A DNA stretch of 64,000 nt from Limnothrix sp. BL-A-16 (GTDB lineage: Bacteria > Cyanobacteriota > Cyanobacteriia > CACIAM-69d). Within the stretch, counting starts at the first letter, position 1. Every line of letters begins with the position of its first letter. Positions 9,439 through 20,184 of the stretch are shown one piece after another. The notes under the pieces are model-generated. The model was given only the letters and a program-made list of their open reading frames with translations, searched no databases and was not told the DNA's origin. Position numbers and translations under genes: made by a program. The stretch spans positions 2,976,001 to 3,040,000 of the forward strand of contig CP166615.1 of the NCBI GenBank assembly GCA_041937175.2, given 5' to 3'.

Positions 9439-10660
9439 ACTACAGCAGCTCCCACTTGCCAAAGCCGCCTGGCCCAAGATGGCGAATTTGGTTTATTTAG
9501 ATTGTCATGCCACCACCCCGATCGATCCCCGGGTAGCAGAGGCCATGTGGCCTTTTTTAACGGACTATTTTGGCAACGCCGGCAGCAACCACGCCTATGG
9601 TTGGGCTGCGGCGGCCGCGGTCGATCAATCTCGGGCCACCTTGGCCGCGGCGATCAATGCCAGCCCTGAGGAAATTTTGTTCACCAGCGGTGCAACGGAA
9701 GCCAACAATCTGGCCATCAAGGGCGTGGCCGAGGCCTATCTCAACAAAGGGCGGCACTTGATTACGGTGGCCACGGAGCATTCGGCGGTGCTGGATCCCT
9801 GTCGCTATTTGCAATCCCTGGGGTTTGAGGTGACGGTTTTGCCGGTTGATCGCCTGGGTTTATTGGATCTGGAGGAACTGGCCCAGGCCATGCGGCCGGA
9901 AACGGTGCTGGTGTCGGTGATGGTGGCGAACAATGAGATCGGTGTTTTGCAGCCGATCGAGCAAATTGGGGCCCTCTGTCGCGATCGGGGCGTGCTGTTT
10001 CACACGGATGCGGCCCAGGCGATCGGGAAAGTGCCCCTTGATGTGCAAACCCAATCGATCGATCTCATGTCCCTGACGGCCCACAAGGTCTATGGGCCCA
10101 AGGGGATTGGGGCCCTGTACGTGCGGCGGGGCAACTCCCGCGTGGCCTTGGCTCCCCAATTGCACGGCGGCGGCCAAGAACGGGGACTGCGGGCGGGAAC
10201 CTTACCCGTGTCGCAAATTGTTGGGTTTGGTCGGGCGATCGAGCTGGCCATGGGGCACCTGGCCACTGAAGCGGAAAAACTGCAAATGCTGCGCGATCGG
10301 CTTTGGGAGCGATTGCAAACCTACTTTGCCACCGCGCCGGGTTTAGACCTGGAACTCAATGGCCACCCCAGCCTTCGCTTGCCAGGTAACTTGAACGTCA
10401 CGATTGAGGGCTTGCCCAACGGGGCCGTTTTGAAAGCCATCCAGTCGATCGCCGCCGTGTCTTCTGGCTCCGCTTGCCAATCGGAAACCGGCCGCCAATC
10501 CCATGTGCTCAAGGCGCTCGGGCAATCGGCCGGCCCCCTGACCACAACGCTGCGGTTTGGGTTGGGTCGATTCCATGACTTCGCCACGATCGATCGAGTC
10601 GCGACCCGGTTAATTGGGGCGATCGAACAGATTCGCCGCAACGCTGGAACCCTTGCTTAA
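9431..10660 (+). CDS. iscS: Cysteine desulfurase, IscS/NifS group (start may be 9479)
   Basis: YLDCHATTP, FTSGATEANN, HTDAAQ, PLP lysine TAHKVYGPKG, SSGSAC catalytic Cys. Confidence 0.93.
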   Translation: MTKLQQLPLAKAAWPKMANLVYLDCHATTPIDPRVAEAMWPFLTDYFGNAGSNHAYGWAAAAAVDQSRATLAAAINASPEEILFTSGATEANNLAIKGVAEAYLNKGRHLITVATEHSAVLDPCRYLQSLGFEVTVLPVDRLGLLDLEELAQAMRPETVLVSVMVANNEIGVLQPIEQIGALCRDRGVLFHTDAAQAIGKVPLDVQTQSIDLMSLTAHKVYGPKGIGALYVRRGNSRVALAPQLHGGGQERGLRAGTLPVSQIVGFGRAIELAMGHLATEAEKLQMLRDRLWERLQTYFATAPGLDLELNGHPSLRLPGNLNVTIEGLPNGAVLKAIQSIAAVSSGSACQSETGRQSHVLKALGQSAGPLTTTLRFGLGRFHDFATIDRVATRLIGAIEQIRRNAGTLA

Positions 10661-11571
10661 AGGCTCCTCAACGGATTCAGGTCATATCCTGAGAGGGGTC
10701 ACCCCCGCTGAAACGCTCCCGTTAACCAGCAGGTCTGGAGTCAAAAATCTAGCCAATCCATGGCGACCGGCCACGGTATTTTGCGCTAAGGGCAGAATTT
10801 TCCCCTCAATTTCCAAAATTTCTGCTACCTTGCGCTGTATCGCGCCAAGGCCACAACCATCGCTCACCCCACCCCCCGGCTATTCAAAGCCGTTGTTCAA
10901 AATCTCTGTGAACAATCCGGTTTTCAGCACCGAGCGATCGGGTTATGCAATCAAGGTGGCATAACCGGCGCGATCGGGTAAAACTGATGGGGAGTTTGCT
11001 GGAAAACGCGGGTGATCTGCCACAACTGATTCTTCGCCGATCGCCATTCATCTGTCATGAATCGATCCCCATCGATCAAGATATGAATCTCAAGGCATGA
11101 ATGATGGCTCAATGGCGGGAGCATCAGACTGATGGAGCAGGTTTTTCAACTGTTTCTGCGTAGCCCAGTGAATCGAGTTAAAGCATCATTTAGGGCGAAA
11201 CAGCCTTCTCATGCACCCTAAATAATTTGCTTCCAAATAATTCATGCAAAATGCTCTGGAGTTGATTGAATTTCTAATTTCGCCTGAATTTTGTTTTTTT
11301 CATGTCATCTCATTTTTCACGTCATTGCAGTTTCATTTTCAAAAGCCTTTTTTGAAATAAACGAAATTTCGCTCTATTCATAATTCAATTTTATGGATTT
11401 AGAACCCTTAATTTTCAGCAACTGATAACCACCGATATCTATTGCTCACGTCCCCTGACCGCATCGACCCTCAACTTGCCTCGTTCATCGTGAGTCTGCC
11501 GGTTAATTCCGTTGCCCCACGATGTTTTCTCAACCGCTATTCCTACCCTTCCGGCTCTTTCTGTTGCCCCT

Positions 11572-12684
11572 ATGACTCGGCTGTTTTCTAAACGATCTGG
11601 TTCTTCGCGATCCCAAGCCGCCCGTGGCTATCGTTCCAGTAAGGTGGGGCAAAACTTCAATCAGCGATCGCGGTTTTCTTGGCGATGGTGGCTGTTGGCG
11701 TTGGTGACCTGTGCGGCGGTGTTGGGCGGCAGCTATGCCTGGACGACCAACAATGCTTCGCTCAAAACTGCCCTGGACAATTCCGCCGTGGCCTCTCAGT
11801 CGGCTCCGCCCCCTTCCCTGGGTGAAGCGCTCGATCGCAGCATTGGTAACTTTCGCCAGCAAGTGACCAGCCAAGAGCAGGAAATTTTGATGGCCCTGGG
11901 GAATTTGCCCCAATCGTTTGTGGGCAAACTGGTGCGGGATCAACGCCTGGCCAGCGGTGAGAAGGTGGTGGCCTTGACCTTTGACGATGGACCAGCCCCC
12001 CGTTACACCGATCAGGTGCTGGACATTTTGAAACAGGAAGACGTGAAGGCCACGTTCTTTGTGATTGGTCGCATGTTCCAGGCCTTCCCGACGATCGGGC
12101 AGCGCGTGGCCCGGGAAGGTCACGTGCTCGCCAATCACACCTGGTCCCATGGTTACCATCGCCATGCTCCGGCGGCGGCGGCCCGGGAAATTGACCAAAC
12201 CGCCGCCATTATTCAAGCCAAAACCGGCCAGGTGGCTCGCCTCTATCGGCCGCCGGGTGGCGTTTTGAACAATGGGATGGATACCTACGCCCAAGGTCAT
12301 GGATACGCCACGGTTCTGTGGGGCACGGATACGGGCGATTGGCGCAGACCTCCGGCGGCCACCATTGTCGATCGGGTGATGCGTACCATGCACCCGGGCG
12401 ATATTGTGCTGATGCATGATGGCGGGGGCGATCGACACAACACGGTGGCGGCCTTGCCCATCATCATTCGGCAACTGAAAGCCCAGGGTTACCGCTTCGT
12501 CACCATGCCGGAACTCTTGCAACTGCGGGTCCAAGCCAACCGCTCCGCCACCACCCGCGCCACGGCAAAACCTCAACCAACCGCAGCCGCAACGCAACCG
12601 GCTAACCCGACCGCCGGGGCGATCGACCCGGCGGTCAACGCTCCCATGAGTGCCCCCAATTCCACCATGGATCTACCGCTGTAG
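11572..12684 (+). CDS. Polysaccharide deacetylase (NodB/CE4) with N-terminal TM anchor
   Basis: ALTFDDGP, NHTWSH, YRPPGG, IVLMHDGGG motifs; TM segment WWLLALVTCAAVLGG. Confidence 0.92.
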   Translation: MTRLFSKRSGSSRSQAARGYRSSKVGQNFNQRSRFSWRWWLLALVTCAAVLGGSYAWTTNNASLKTALDNSAVASQSAPPPSLGEALDRSIGNFRQQVTSQEQEILMALGNLPQSFVGKLVRDQRLASGEKVVALTFDDGPAPRYTDQVLDILKQEDVKATFFVIGRMFQAFPTIGQRVAREGHVLANHTWSHGYHRHAPAAAAREIDQTAAIIQAKTGQVARLYRPPGGVLNNGMDTYAQGHGYATVLWGTDTGDWRRPPAATIVDRVMRTMHPGDIVLMHDGGGDRHNTVAALPIIIRQLKAQGYRFVTMPELLQLRVQANRSATTRATAKPQPTAAATQPANPTAGAIDPAVNAPMSAPNSTMDLPL

Positions 12685-12745
12685 TTGGGTGGGCAAGACC
12701 CGCCCTGATCGCTACTTGAAAGCAAATTGCCAAAGACCCATGCTA

Positions 12746-12930
12746 GAGCCTGTCGTCAAATCGCCTGAAACCCTGATTCCACCGTTAGCGGATCGTGGGG
12801 GGCAAGGGGCTTAAGCCCCTTGTCTGGGGTGGTTAGGTTTAAGCCCCTTGCCTGTAGTGGTTAGGGTGGGGTGGTTAGGGTATGGACGATCAATCACTTG
12901 CACTTGATCTGAGGAAATGACGACAGACCC
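12746..12930. mobile_element. MITE family A, copy 2 (inverted relative to copy 1)
   Basis: Ends GAGCCTGTCGTCA / TGACGACAGACCC, TA-flanked. CAAGGGGCTTAAGCCCCTTG at 12803-12822 plus three GTGGTTAGG repeats. Confidence 0.8.
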
Positions 12931-13058
12931 TAAAGCCAATTGCCAAATTAAATAGGCGCGCTATGGTGTATGGAACTTGTGCCGATCCCCGACAATTGCC
13001 TTGGGGATCGGTTCACGAGTGCCGCCCTATGCCAGATTTTGGCGCGAGGAGATCCCCT

Positions 13059-13280
13059 ATGGCTAATGTGCAGACTTGCTCGACTTGCGGTGTGCGGATT
13101 GAGATGAATCCGCTGGGTGATCGAGTGCTGTTTTCCTATGGCAGCCCAGGCACGAGGGCGCGTCTTTGGAGCCGAGTTTGTAAGTTTGTAGCCGATCGGG
13201 GAGGTTGCATTAATCAAGATCAAGGGGCGATCGGGGCCACTGAGCCGAGTGATGAATATAATCCGATGCCGGAAGGGTAA
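13059..13280 (+). CDS. Small Cys-rich hypothetical protein
   Basis: GAGGAG RBS before ATG 13059. CSTCGV..DRVLFSYGSPGTRARLWSRVC..CIN resembles a conserved small cyanobacterial protein. Confidence 0.7.
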   Translation: MANVQTCSTCGVRIEMNPLGDRVLFSYGSPGTRARLWSRVCKFVADRGGCINQDQGAIGATEPSDEYNPMPEG

Positions 13281-13442
13281 TCGAGCACGGATCTAAAACT
13301 GAGCAAGAGGCGTGGCGGGTCAACCAACGACGATCGAACATGGGACAGAGAAAGTCCATCGGGTATTGCGTTGGGCCCGCCGATGGGGGCAGGGGATCGG
13401 CTCATCATCCCCTGCCTTTGGTTTTGGGGGAGCATTTTGAGA

Positions 13443-16139
13443 ATGGGTCAAGATTTGGGCGATCGCGCCGGCCGGCTAGGCAGCGGGTTCAAGGTTCACG
13501 GGTTCAGAATTCACAGGTTTAACCACTGGCTCAATCCAGACCATTGGCAAAGCTGGTGGCAGCGTGGGTGGCAGACCGATCGAGCCAAGCTGCTGGGTCT
13601 GTGGCTGTTGGTGTTGCTGGTCGATCGGGCTTGGTTCGCGATCGACCAATCGGCCCCCGCCTGGGATCAAGCGGAATATCTGACGGCGGCCCTGACCTAT
13701 GCCGATGCCCTGCGGGATCCCCAGTGGTTGTCTGGTTCCTGGTGGGTGGATTTTTGGCGACTCTCCCCCAAAGTGCCGCCTCTGGTGGCGATCATCACTG
13801 TGCCGTTTCTATGGCTGTTTGGCCCCACGGCCGATGCCGCAACGGCGTTGAATTCGGCCTGTTCGCTGGTGTTGCTGGGGTCGGTTTATGCGATCGGGCG
13901 GCGATTGTTCGATCGCGCCACGGGCTGGTGGGCCGCCCTGTTGTGTAGCGTGATGCCCGGCCTGTGGCGCGTGCGGCTGGACTATCTCACCGAATTCCCC
14001 TTGGTGACCGTGGTAACAGCGGCCTTTGCGGCCCTGGTGTTTTGGGCAACGGGGGGGCAGTTTGGCCCCTGGCGCGGACGGTTGGCCCATTGGTTGTGGG
14101 CGATCGGGCTGGGGCTGTTGCTGGGGGCTGGGCTGCTGACTAAGCAACCGGCGGTTTTTTTCTTGGGATTGCCCTTGGCGGGGGTGTTGGCCATTGCGCT
14201 CTGGCGATCGCGCTGGGAACGGGTCACCCAAGGTCTGTTGGCTTTGGGGATCGCCTGGATTGTTGCGGCTCCTTGGTATCAGGCGAATTGGCTCTTTGTG
14301 CTCAGTGGTGGCAAACGGGCCACGGTGGATTCCGCGATCGTGGAAGGTGACCCGGCCCTCAACACCCTTGATGCTTGGATTTATTACCTGAAGCTTTTTC
14401 CGCAACACCTGTCTTGGCCCCTGTTGGGTTTGGCGATCACGGGGGGCTGTTTGGCTTTTCTGAAATATCAACGACAACTGGCCTGGCCCGATCGCCCCTG
14501 GCCCAGCTCACCGATCCCCAAGGGCGATCATCGGGGATGGCTCTGGACACTGGGCTTTTGGCTTGGAGCCTATGTGCTGTGCTCCTTGCTGGTGAACAAA
14601 GACTGGCGTTACGTTTTGCCCTATTGGCCCGTGGGGGCGATCGTTTTGGCCCGAGGCTGGCTGGTTTGGGGGGCGCGGGTGCGGTGGAGCCTGTTGGGGC
14701 TGACGGTGTTGCTGTCGGTGCTCAGTTGGTTGCCGCCCACGGCCGCCGGGGTGGCTCCCTTGGTTCCCGGGCCGATGCGGGTGGTGCAATGGGGGCCGGC
14801 CTTGCCCCATGCCCAGGTGGTGCAGGCCGTGATCGATCGCGCGCCCCATTTGCAATCCACCGTTGGCGTGTTGCCCTCCACCGCCGAACTGAATCAACAT
14901 AACCTCAACTTCTTTGGAGCCGCCCGAAATTTTCAGGTTTACGGCCGGCAGGTGGGGACTGATCCGCAAGCCGTGGCCCAAGATGCCCGATCGCTCGATT
15001 GGTATTTGCTGAAAACCGGCGACCAGGGATCGATGCGCGGCCGGCGGCGACGGGAAGCCCAAGCAGCCACCAGCCAAACCCTGCGCCAAAGTCCCGATTT
15101 GCAGTTGGTGGAACGTTGGCCCGTGGCGGTGGATTCCGAATGGCAACTTTGGCAGCGGCGATCCCCGTCGGTGACGGTCGCTCCCTTGGCCAATCCGGCT
15201 CCCCTGAAGCTTGTGGCCCAACTGCCGGAGCGGCTGCCCCCGGGCCAAGTTGCGCCGGTCACCTACCGTTGGCAGGGCCCGGCGGCCCAACTGCAAGGGG
15301 GCTTGGCCCTGTTGACCTGGCAGCGGGAACCCACCCCCGATCGCCTGGCGGGTCGCACCGGTTGGATTGACGATCGGGCCATTGGTCGCGGTCGGTTAAT
15401 GGCTCCTCTTCCCCCATCCACCCAGTCCTTGGAGGTTTGGGATCGATCGGCCATGGTTTTGCCGCCGGACTTGGCCCCGGGTCGGTATCGTCTTTGGGCG
15501 AGTCTGTTGCCCAACGATCCCCAATGGGGCGATCGGGCCCAGCCGATCGCAATTCCCACCGAAGCCACCGTGGTGATTGACCCCGCCGCCCCGGCCCAAC
15601 CGGCCCCCGAGCTGGACGGATTGGCCCAACTGCGACTGCTGGGATTGCAATTGCGATCGGGGCGATCGGGCTTGGAGTCCGTGTTCAACACCATCGGCCG
15701 AATTAACCAATACAACCCCAATCAACCCTACGTGGCACAGGCGGAACTGACCCTCCGTTATCGCCTCAGTCAACAACCCGATCGGCTCGGTTGGCGCTAT
15801 GCCCTCGGTTTGGCCCAAGTGTTGGATCAAAACACCAGCGGCGCGATCGCCACCTTTGAGCAAATCACCCAAGCAGAACCACGCAACCCTTGGGCCCAGG
15901 CTTACTTGGCCGTGGTGCGGCTGTATGAATTTCAAACCGATGCCGCCTGGCCCGCCATCCAACAAGCCTTAGCATTGGCTCCCCGAGTGCCCGAATTCCA
16001 TTACCTAAAAGCCGTTGCCCATGCCCAACGCTGGGAACTGGGCCGGGCGATCGCTGAGTTGCGGATCGGTCAGTCCCTGGAGCCGGCCGCCACCCAAAGC
16101 CACCGGCCCCCGATCGGGTTCATCCCGCCCGCCAGTTGA
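13443..16139 (+). CDS. Glycosyltransferase family 39 (ArnT/PMT-like) membrane protein with C-terminal TPR-like repeats
   Basis: PAWDQAEY, SPKVPPL, LLTKQ, NKDWRY; multiple TM helices; TPR-like C-terminus. Start uncertain. Confidence 0.85.
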   Translation: MGQDLGDRAGRLGSGFKVHGFRIHRFNHWLNPDHWQSWWQRGWQTDRAKLLGLWLLVLLVDRAWFAIDQSAPAWDQAEYLTAALTYADALRDPQWLSGSWWVDFWRLSPKVPPLVAIITVPFLWLFGPTADAATALNSACSLVLLGSVYAIGRRLFDRATGWWAALLCSVMPGLWRVRLDYLTEFPLVTVVTAAFAALVFWATGGQFGPWRGRLAHWLWAIGLGLLLGAGLLTKQPAVFFLGLPLAGVLAIALWRSRWERVTQGLLALGIAWIVAAPWYQANWLFVLSGGKRATVDSAIVEGDPALNTLDAWIYYLKLFPQHLSWPLLGLAITGGCLAFLKYQRQLAWPDRPWPSSPIPKGDHRGWLWTLGFWLGAYVLCSLLVNKDWRYVLPYWPVGAIVLARGWLVWGARVRWSLLGLTVLLSVLSWLPPTAAGVAPLVPGPMRVVQWGPALPHAQVVQAVIDRAPHLQSTVGVLPSTAELNQHNLNFFGAARNFQVYGRQVGTDPQAVAQDARSLDWYLLKTGDQGSMRGRRRREAQAATSQTLRQSPDLQLVERWPVAVDSEWQLWQRRSPSVTVAPLANPAPLKLVAQLPERLPPGQVAPVTYRWQGPAAQLQGGLALLTWQREPTPDRLAGRTGWIDDRAIGRGRLMAPLPPSTQSLEVWDRSAMVLPPDLAPGRYRLWASLLPNDPQWGDRAQPIAIPTEATVVIDPAAPAQPAPELDGLAQLRLLGLQLRSGRSGLESVFNTIGRINQYNPNQPYVAQAELTLRYRLSQQPDRLGWRYALGLAQVLDQNTSGAIATFEQITQAEPRNPWAQAYLAVVRLYEFQTDAAWPAIQQALALAPRVPEFHYLKAVAHAQRWELGRAIAELRIGQSLEPAATQSHRPPIGFIPPAS

Positions 16140-16329
16140 TCGCAACCGGTTGATTGCAACCCGTTGATCGCGATCGGTCGCCTTGCCTTACAATAGGATG
16201 CTTGCTTATACCCTTTTTTGCCGCCAAGACCCAGCATCTGTTTAGGGCTGTGCAGTCCAGCGGTCTCAAGCATTAGCCCCTGTCGAGTTTCGACAGTCCA
16301 ACCCTTAGTCACCAAGCAGAAACACCGCA

Positions 16330-16632
16330 ATGGCTAAAAAGTCCATGGTCGAGCGCGAAAAGAAGCGCGATCGCCTGATTGCTAAATATGCCGCCAAGCG
16401 TGCCGATCTGAAGGCGCAGTTTGAATCCGCCCAGGATCCGATGGAAAAGCTGGCCCTGCATCGCCAAATTCAGCGCCTGCCCCGCAACAGCGCCCGGAAC
16501 CGCCACCAAAACCGCTGCTGGTTAACTGGCCGTCCCCGTGGCTACTACCGCGATTTTGGTCTGTGCCGGAATGCTCTGCGCGAAATGGCTCACCAAGGCT
16601 TGTTGCCCGGTGTGGTCAAGTCGAGCTGGTAA
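16330..16632 (+). CDS. rpsN: 30S ribosomal protein S14
   Basis: [13 protein letters not shown]...[21 protein letters not shown]...GVVKSSW. Confidence 0.98.
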   Translation: MAKKSMVEREKKRDRLIAKYAAKRADLKAQFESAQDPMEKLALHRQIQRLPRNSARNRHQNRCWLTGRPRGYYRDFGLCRNALREMAHQGLLPGVVKSSW

Positions 16633-16710
16633 GCAACGAACTGGCCAGCATCAGCAGCACCATTACCGCACCGTTTTGGGGCTTCTTGCCGAAGTCCATC
16701 CCGTTTCCAC

Positions 16711-16752
16711 AAAAGCACGCCGATCCACCCGATCGACGTGCTTTTGGTTTTT
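16711..16752 (+). terminator. Intrinsic terminator after rpsN
   Basis: AAAAGCACG-CGATC / GATCG-CGTGCTTTT hairpin followed by GGTTTTT. Confidence 0.7.
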
Positions 16753-16916
16753 GATCAGTCAGAATCAAAATAGCATCAGCCTTTAATTGAGACTGTGATT
16801 GCCAATTTCAACTATTTTTTCCTCGGCACAAATTCCTGATTGATCTCTCCGTCCCAATACTTTCAAACACCACCCGATCGCCCACGCCAAACACCACAAC
16901 GACTCTATAGGCTGCC

Positions 16917-17465
16917 ATGATCGCTATTCCAAACTACATCAATTCTGATGAATACCTGATCATCGATCGCGATAGTCCCACCCGCCACGAATACCGTCGC
17001 GGCCTCGTCTACGCGATGGCAGGCGGCAGCGATGCCCACTCACAGATTGCAATCAAGCTACTGGGCCTGATTGACTGTCATCTAGAAAATACGCCGTGCC
17101 GTGTTTACAACGAGGTCAAGGTCAACTACAAAGATGAGTTTTACTACTACCCCGATGCCTTCGTGACCTGCGATCCCCGCGATCGCGCCGATCACTACAT
17201 CAAACGCCACCCAAAATTGATCGCCGAAGTCCTATCCCAAAGCACGCGGGTCTTTGATCTGGGCCAAAAATTCGAGGATTATCGGCAAATCCCAGACCTA
17301 GAGGAATACGTTCTCATCGATCAGGATCAGCGCTGGATGGAATGCCGCCGCCGCCAACCGGACAACACTTGGACAACGGTGATCTATGGAACAGGGGATC
17401 AGATTACGCTTCAAAGTATTAATTTAACCTTCCCCCTTGAGCAACTCTATCGAGGCTTGGATTAG
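16917..17465 (+). CDS. Uma2 family endonuclease
   Basis: RHEYRRGLVYAMAGGSDAH, YYPDAFVTCD, IAEVLSQST, KFEDYRQIPDLEEYVLIDQD. Confidence 0.92.
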   Translation: MIAIPNYINSDEYLIIDRDSPTRHEYRRGLVYAMAGGSDAHSQIAIKLLGLIDCHLENTPCRVYNEVKVNYKDEFYYYPDAFVTCDPRDRADHYIKRHPKLIAEVLSQSTRVFDLGQKFEDYRQIPDLEEYVLIDQDQRWMECRRRQPDNTWTTVIYGTGDQITLQSINLTFPLEQLYRGLD

Positions 17466-17522
17466 TGTTAGTTTGGGTCAGGCTCCAATGACCGTGAATG
17501 GGTTAATATTCCCTAAACAAAC

Positions 17523-19778
17523 CTAAACAAAATAGAGGCGGCGTTCGCAGCGCACATCGGCGGGCAGGCAATCCTTGAGGGCAACTTCGGCGATCCGATC
17601 GGCGTAGTAAGTGGTAATCGGAAGGCGAATCACTTGGGTGCTGCCGATGTGCATTTCGCTGAGCCAATAGATTTGGGCGGCGATCGTCAGGATGTCCGTT
17701 TGGCCGTGGCGGCGACGCACCAAAAGGGGCTGGGGGCTGGCGTTGGGGGCAACTTTGGCCTGTTTAGCACCGGTTGTGAGGACGATCGCCTCATGATCGT
17801 TGTGAACCCAAGCCCAGCCTCGATCGGGATTTTGCCACTGTTCCTGGTTGGTGTTGGGGTCGATCGCCCGCACCGCCGCCCGCGCCAACACATCCTTCAC
17901 CACTTCCACCACCTCCAATTGCTCTAACCCATGGGGCCGCAATTCGGCTTCCAGGGCTTGCAGGGTGGCTAGTTCGCTGTTTTTGATGGTTCCATCGCGA
18001 TGAATCACCACATGGCGCGGGGGTTCACCGCTTTGCTCAGTAAATGCACCAAATAAATCGAGCAAAATATTGCGCAGGCTGACTTCGCTGAAGGTTTCGC
18101 CCCGCTGCATGGAGGCGCTTGACCAGCCGATCGCCTGGCCTTGGCGGTTCACCACAAAGGCAGAAGCCCCGATCGTCCGTTCCTCTTTGCGGCCCAAATC
18201 TAGCCCCACAAAGGCTTGGGCAGCGCCGGGCATTTGGTGCAACTGCCAGGGAGCATAGCCGAGCTTTGCCAGAATGCCGAACACCACATTTTGATCGCGC
18301 CCATCGTTTTTGATTTGGCGCATGGTTTCGCGCGTCACCATTTGCGAACAGTAACTTTGTTGATTGAGGATTCTTTTTAAGGTGAAGTAGGGATTAACTT
18401 GAGCGTTGTAAATTGGGTCTTGTCCGTTGGGCACAAAGGCAAAAATTAGGTCATTAACATTCACAGGCAAGTTCTGGCAAACCTGACGCAGGGAAAGGGA
18501 ATTTTGCGGATCATAGGGACGTAAATCGCCAGCCCTTGTGAGTGTAATTCCAAATTCTTGGAACCGACTTTTTAGGGCTACCATATACTTTTTCACCTCT
18601 GCTTCCCAAGCTTGGGGATACAGCACTTGCGTCCGAATTTCTGCCGGTTTTTGGTGAAGGACTCGTTGTTTCCAACCACGCCAAGCTTCGTCTACTAAAA
18701 GCGGTCGATCGGGCTGTTGTGGATCTGCGCCAAAGGATAGGTTTCTGGCCATGGAACCAGCGGTCAATTGAGTGAGGTGATCGGGCTGCCAAGGGTTGGG
18801 ATCAAATTCAATCTGATCGCCACAAATAAATCCTCGTTTGTTTAAAAGGTCGATGGTTCTTTGCATTAATTCCTGACGCTTAGCCAGTGGCAAAATGCAA
18901 TGGTTCAGCGATTTGCTGGGTAGGTCTTCACGGGCATAGATTCGTTTCAATAGTTGTGGTAGATGATGCAACGGTTGGTAGCGGGGAGCATAACCCACCG
19001 CAACGGCGGGTTGATTGGGATCCAGTTGTGCGGCCAATTCTGGGGCCAGGTTTTGGCGATCGCGGTGATAATCCAATAGGCTTTGGTTGCCTAATTCCGC
19101 TAAGGGCTGACCGATAGTAATCGGCGCAACGCCTAGAAATTGGCAACTTTTGCCATCGTAAGTATGAATCAGGCGCTGTTTGGGCGGAAACTGCTGCCAA
19201 TCGAATTGGTCGATCGTGCCGATGGATTGATATTCATTCCGAAAGTGCAAGGTTAGGAAGAGAAATCCCGTCGAGTTTTGCCAAAAATCAAAGGTTAAAT
19301 ATCGTCTCGCTTCGGCAATAATTCGGACTTGGGCATCTCGAATTTGAATCGGCGGTTCGTTGGAATAAATGCGTTTGCGATTTTCTTGGACTTTCTTGGC
19401 ACTATGGGGATTAATGGTTTTGAAAATGCTGCACAGCCGATAATTACAGAGTTGAAACAGCCAGGTTTGATATCTGGGTTCGCTCAGGTCGATCGCCTCG
19501 CTTTTGAGGATCTCAATTTCCAAAGGTTCTGAGGAAGTTTCGCAAAACTGCCGCAAACAGGCTAATAAGTTCGCTGCCTGTCCCCGGTCTTCGGAGATTA
19601 GGGCGAGGCTGGACTGATCGTTGGTAACCCACTGATTGAGCCGAAATTTGCAAAATCTTGCGAGGGAGTAGAGGGTGTCGATCGGGGTGGCACTGCCGAT
19701 GATTCGCAGTCGATCGCGCCGGGCGGGTACAGATCCAAGGGGATTACGCGATTGAAAGCTGAGTTCTCGAATATCCAC
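17523..19778 (-). CDS. ago: Long prokaryotic Argonaute (PAZ-MID-PIWI), predicted catalytically active
   Basis: 751 aa. PIWI tetrad: GLDLG (D), GETFSE (E), IHRDG (D), YYADR (D). MID pocket YFTLK..SQMV..AKLG. PAZ-like SLLDYH. Terminal LYFV. Confidence 0.9.
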   Translation of the reverse strand: MDIRELSFQSRNPLGSVPARRDRLRIIGSATPIDTLYSLARFCKFRLNQWVTNDQSSLALISEDRGQAANLLACLRQFCETSSEPLEIEILKSEAIDLSEPRYQTWLFQLCNYRLCSIFKTINPHSAKKVQENRKRIYSNEPPIQIRDAQVRIIAEARRYLTFDFWQNSTGFLFLTLHFRNEYQSIGTIDQFDWQQFPPKQRLIHTYDGKSCQFLGVAPITIGQPLAELGNQSLLDYHRDRQNLAPELAAQLDPNQPAVAVGYAPRYQPLHHLPQLLKRIYAREDLPSKSLNHCILPLAKRQELMQRTIDLLNKRGFICGDQIEFDPNPWQPDHLTQLTAGSMARNLSFGADPQQPDRPLLVDEAWRGWKQRVLHQKPAEIRTQVLYPQAWEAEVKKYMVALKSRFQEFGITLTRAGDLRPYDPQNSLSLRQVCQNLPVNVNDLIFAFVPNGQDPIYNAQVNPYFTLKRILNQQSYCSQMVTRETMRQIKNDGRDQNVVFGILAKLGYAPWQLHQMPGAAQAFVGLDLGRKEERTIGASAFVVNRQGQAIGWSSASMQRGETFSEVSLRNILLDLFGAFTEQSGEPPRHVVIHRDGTIKNSELATLQALEAELRPHGLEQLEVVEVVKDVLARAAVRAIDPNTNQEQWQNPDRGWAWVHNDHEAIVLTTGAKQAKVAPNASPQPLLVRRRHGQTDILTIAAQIYWLSEMHIGSTQVIRLPITTYYADRIAEVALKDCLPADVRCERRLYFV

Positions 19779-19990
19779 AATTGAAGCGGCTATAATTAAC
19801 GCATGAATTATATCACTTAAAGCATTTTTATTTTAAAGCACCTTGAAATTCATTCAAAGGTCATTGCGAAACAATGCAACCCCATGAACCCGATCGCCAT
19901 CAAGTCGCCATCAATTGAATTCAATTAATCCAATTCAATTAGCCCAAATATTCATCTAATCTAATCAACAAAAATCAGCCAAAGTCATTC

Positions 19991-20161
19991 GACCTCTTGC
20001 ATCAATCAAAACCCTCACCCTAAATCCCTCTCCCGACTTGGGAGAGGGACTTGACAACCAACAACGAAATCGCCGTAATTCCCGATTTCTGGCTCCCCTT
20101 CGCCATCCTTGGGAGAAGGGGTTGGGGGATGAGGGCTGTTAGCTAGTTCGCGCAAGAGGTT
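19991..20161. repeat. MITE/REP-doublet element
   Basis: Inverted ends ACCTCTTGC / GCAAGAGGT enclose inverted hairpin units CCCTCACCCTAAATCCCTCTCCC..GGGAGAGGGA and CCCCTTCGCC..GGGAGAAGGGGTTGGGGGATGAGGG. Confidence 0.7.
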
Positions 20162-20184
20162 TATTCAAGGTCAGCCAATATCAA

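Noticed and set aside
10661..11571. 0.9-kb ORF-poor AT-rich gap as a possible ncRNA or riboswitch
   Set aside because: No recognisable aptamer blocks or terminator-bounded unit; most likely the promoter region of the deacetylase.
11530..12597. Long antisense ORFs (also 30588-31580, 42699-43880, 53426-54442)
   Set aside because: Shadows of GC-rich real genes on the opposite strand, with no recognisable motifs.
16917..17465. Uma2 nuclease as a dedicated pAgo partner
   Set aside because: It is convergent rather than operonic, and Uma2 genes are scattered in cyanobacteria (three in this window).
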